Positions 61,940 through 64,000 of a DNA stretch of 64,000 bases are shown one piece after another. Position 1 is the stretch's first letter. Each line of letters starts with the position of its first letter. Origin of the DNA: the human T2T-CHM13v2.0 reference genome, Homo sapiens; assembly GCF_009914755.1 (NCBI RefSeq), contig NC_060938.1, one strand, 5' to 3'. The translations under genes and the position numbers were made by a program. Under the pieces are notes generated by a model. The model was not told the DNA's origin, did no database searches, and saw nothing but the letters and a program-made list of their open reading frames with translations.

Positions 61940-62740
61940 TCTGCCTCACTACAGTCTCGTTTCCTGAGTTTCGACCTGAAACTTCTGCGCTGAGGGACAA
62001 TAAGGGAAGGGTGTGAAATCCTCAGCAGATCCGCTCTGGCCTCCTTGTTCCGGAGTAAGCCAGGGAGAGAGAGAAAAAGGGGGAAAAGATGAGGGGATCA
62101 GAAGGCCCAGGCATGGCTTTGCTTTTCTTTTTAAAATCCTTTTTCTTTGGACCCCGCTGCCTGGAGGAACAGGGGCTACCCCAGCCTGGGGCCCGCAGCA
62201 CCATGGCTTCCTGGATGCTCTCCCACCTACCTGCCATCGCAGCTGCACGCGGCGCCTCCGGGAGCCCTCAGTGGGGTGCAGCGACAGAGCCCGGCAGGTG
62301 CAGCAGCCGCCAGCCCCTCTCTCCGGTAACCCCAGGGCTGCTGCACACATTTGTCTTGTGTTTTACAATCCGCCCCTTCACCTCCTTCCCTGCTGTTTCT
62401 CCCCATTTCACTCTTCTCTATCCCATTTGGCTTTCCTCATTTTTCACTTGAGTGGGTTTCCTATCCCCGACTCCGCTCCGGCCTCACTCTGCTCAACACC
62501 AATAAAACACACTCAACACAGGTAGAACAAGGTGCCCGAGCTCGGCGTGACAAATGGCTCGCCCGGCCCTTGCTAAGCGTGGCTGTAAATTGCCCCTCCC
62601 GTTGGCCTGGCGTGGCCGGGGGCTGTGCTCAGCAGCCCCTCCGTGGGGGTGAGGGGGCCAGCAGCGGGCTTTAGACCTAGCATTTGGCCTGCCCCCAAGG
62701 CCTCTCCCAAGGTCCTGGCATCCAGGAGGGAGCGAGGTGG
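61940..62740. promoter_or_regulatory. GC/CpG-enriched non-repeat segment (weak CpG island, candidate enhancer or promoter)
   Basis: Visibly higher CpG density than the flanks (e.g. gcacgcggcgcctccggg, ccgactccgctccgg, gctcggcgtg); not quantified. Confidence 0.5.
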
Positions 62741-62839
62741 CTGGGTGGGAGGCAAGGGGCACCTGTGGCTTTGGCTGGAGCAGCTGGGCCATCTTCATTG
62801 ATCGGGCCATAACTCCAGCATCTAGGATTTCCTGCACAC

Positions 62840-63050
62840 CACCATGTGCCAGGCGCTGTGCTGAGGCTCCACAGCAAATGTGATTTAATCCTCACAGCAG
62901 CCTGCGAGGTGTAGGCACCATGACTACTCCTGTTTCACAGATGACAACCCTGAGGAAGGCTTAACAAGGTCACATAACTTGTCAAGGTCATCTGACTAGT
63001 AAGTGGCAGGCTGAGTCTATGCAGACCTCCCGGACTCTAAAATCTGGGCT
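62840..63050. mobile_element. MIR
   Basis: atgtgccaggcgctgtgct...tttaatcctcacagcagcc...gtaagtggcag. Confidence 0.8.
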
Positions 63051-64000
63051 TTGCATCCCATACCCTGTGTGGGTGGCACCAGCCTGGGCACAATGGGAAG
63101 CAAGATGTCAGCTCCATGCTCCAGATGGGCATGATGTTGATTTCCTTCTCTACTTCATGAAGCTGCTCCTGCTGTGTCCCCACAGCCCATGGACAAGGGG
63201 GAACACACTTGAAGCTCCTTCCCCCCAGAATGAGTGATCAGAAGTGAGGATAGTCCATGCTCTTGCTTTTTTGCCTCTCTGGGAACAGCCAGGGTGCTCC
63301 CACCTTGGAGAAGCAGTGGGGCAGGGGGCTTGTCTGGCTCATTCTGTCACCAGGGGAGCCCCAGAGATTTGTGTTTTGGGGGACGGAGAGCCCAGGGCTT
63401 GCGAGTCTGTAACCTGGTCCCCAGGGGCATCTGGTAACATGGTAATGGGCACGTTCGAGCATCTCATCTTTTGCTCCGGGTGCCTTTAATCGCTGCCAAT
63501 GAAAGTTGAGACTGAAGAGGAAAACAGCCTGAGCGGGGGCTGCTGGACTTCCTCTCTCTGCCTTCTTCCTCACTGGTAATTACAAACACCAGCCGCTTTG
63601 TGTCTAAAATGGCCAGGATAATTGAAACGGAATTTGGAATCAGGGCCCTGCAGGCAACACTTGTTGAAAGAAGAAATAAAGATCGGTTGGGTCACGTCTT
63701 TTGTAATTTGCGTTTAATAATCATACCAGGAGGTACGCACAAAGGGAGAGGCGGCGTGTGAGCCAGCTCCCAGCCTGCCCGCACCCTCCCTGGGTCTGCC
63801 AGGGAGGGAAGAAGGAACATGCAAGGGGTGGGCAGGGGTGGGTAGAGGAGGAAGCACACAAGTTGGAGAAAGTTCTCTCCACGTGGCAGGGGCAGGAGAG
63901 GGGGTGCGGGTTGGGGTGGGCCAAGTTGCTAGCTGAGATGAAGGTGGTGTGAGAAACCTTCGTGCTGGGCGCCCTCACCCACTGTGCTCTGCACACCTGC

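Overview
Vertebrate, almost certainly human, genomic DNA: the 3' part of IFT43 (C14orf179, an IFT-A ciliary transport subunit; 14q24.3 from memory) on the + strand, plus about 17 kb of downstream intergenic sequence. Joining GT-AG bounded exons 21835-21867, 22520-22566, 45481-45553, 45803-45878, 46413-46475 and 46644-46763 gives an open frame ending ...[136 protein letters not shown], followed by AATAAA signals at 46859 and 46906. The 5' exons lie upstream of the window; exon numbers 4-9 are recalled, not derived. Also present: an alternative 95-nt exon (39783-39877), an exon-4 read-through terminal form, a tailless 5S rRNA retrocopy with target-site duplication, about 18 Alu/FLAM elements, MaLR/ERVL solo LTRs, Tigger and hAT DNA transposons, L1/L2/MIR relics and two minisatellites. 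Nearly all ORFs in the supplied track look spurious. I found no prokaryote-style system and no new protein-coding gene. The best leads are (i) a candidate 8-nt UGC-flanked microexon with the same phase as the known alternative modules, plus several candidate poison exons; (ii) five short, locally templated duplications, one of which later received the 5S retrocopy; and (iii) inverted Alu pairs bracketing exons 4-5. Repeat subfamily names come from remembered consensus sequences and repeat boundaries are approximate.
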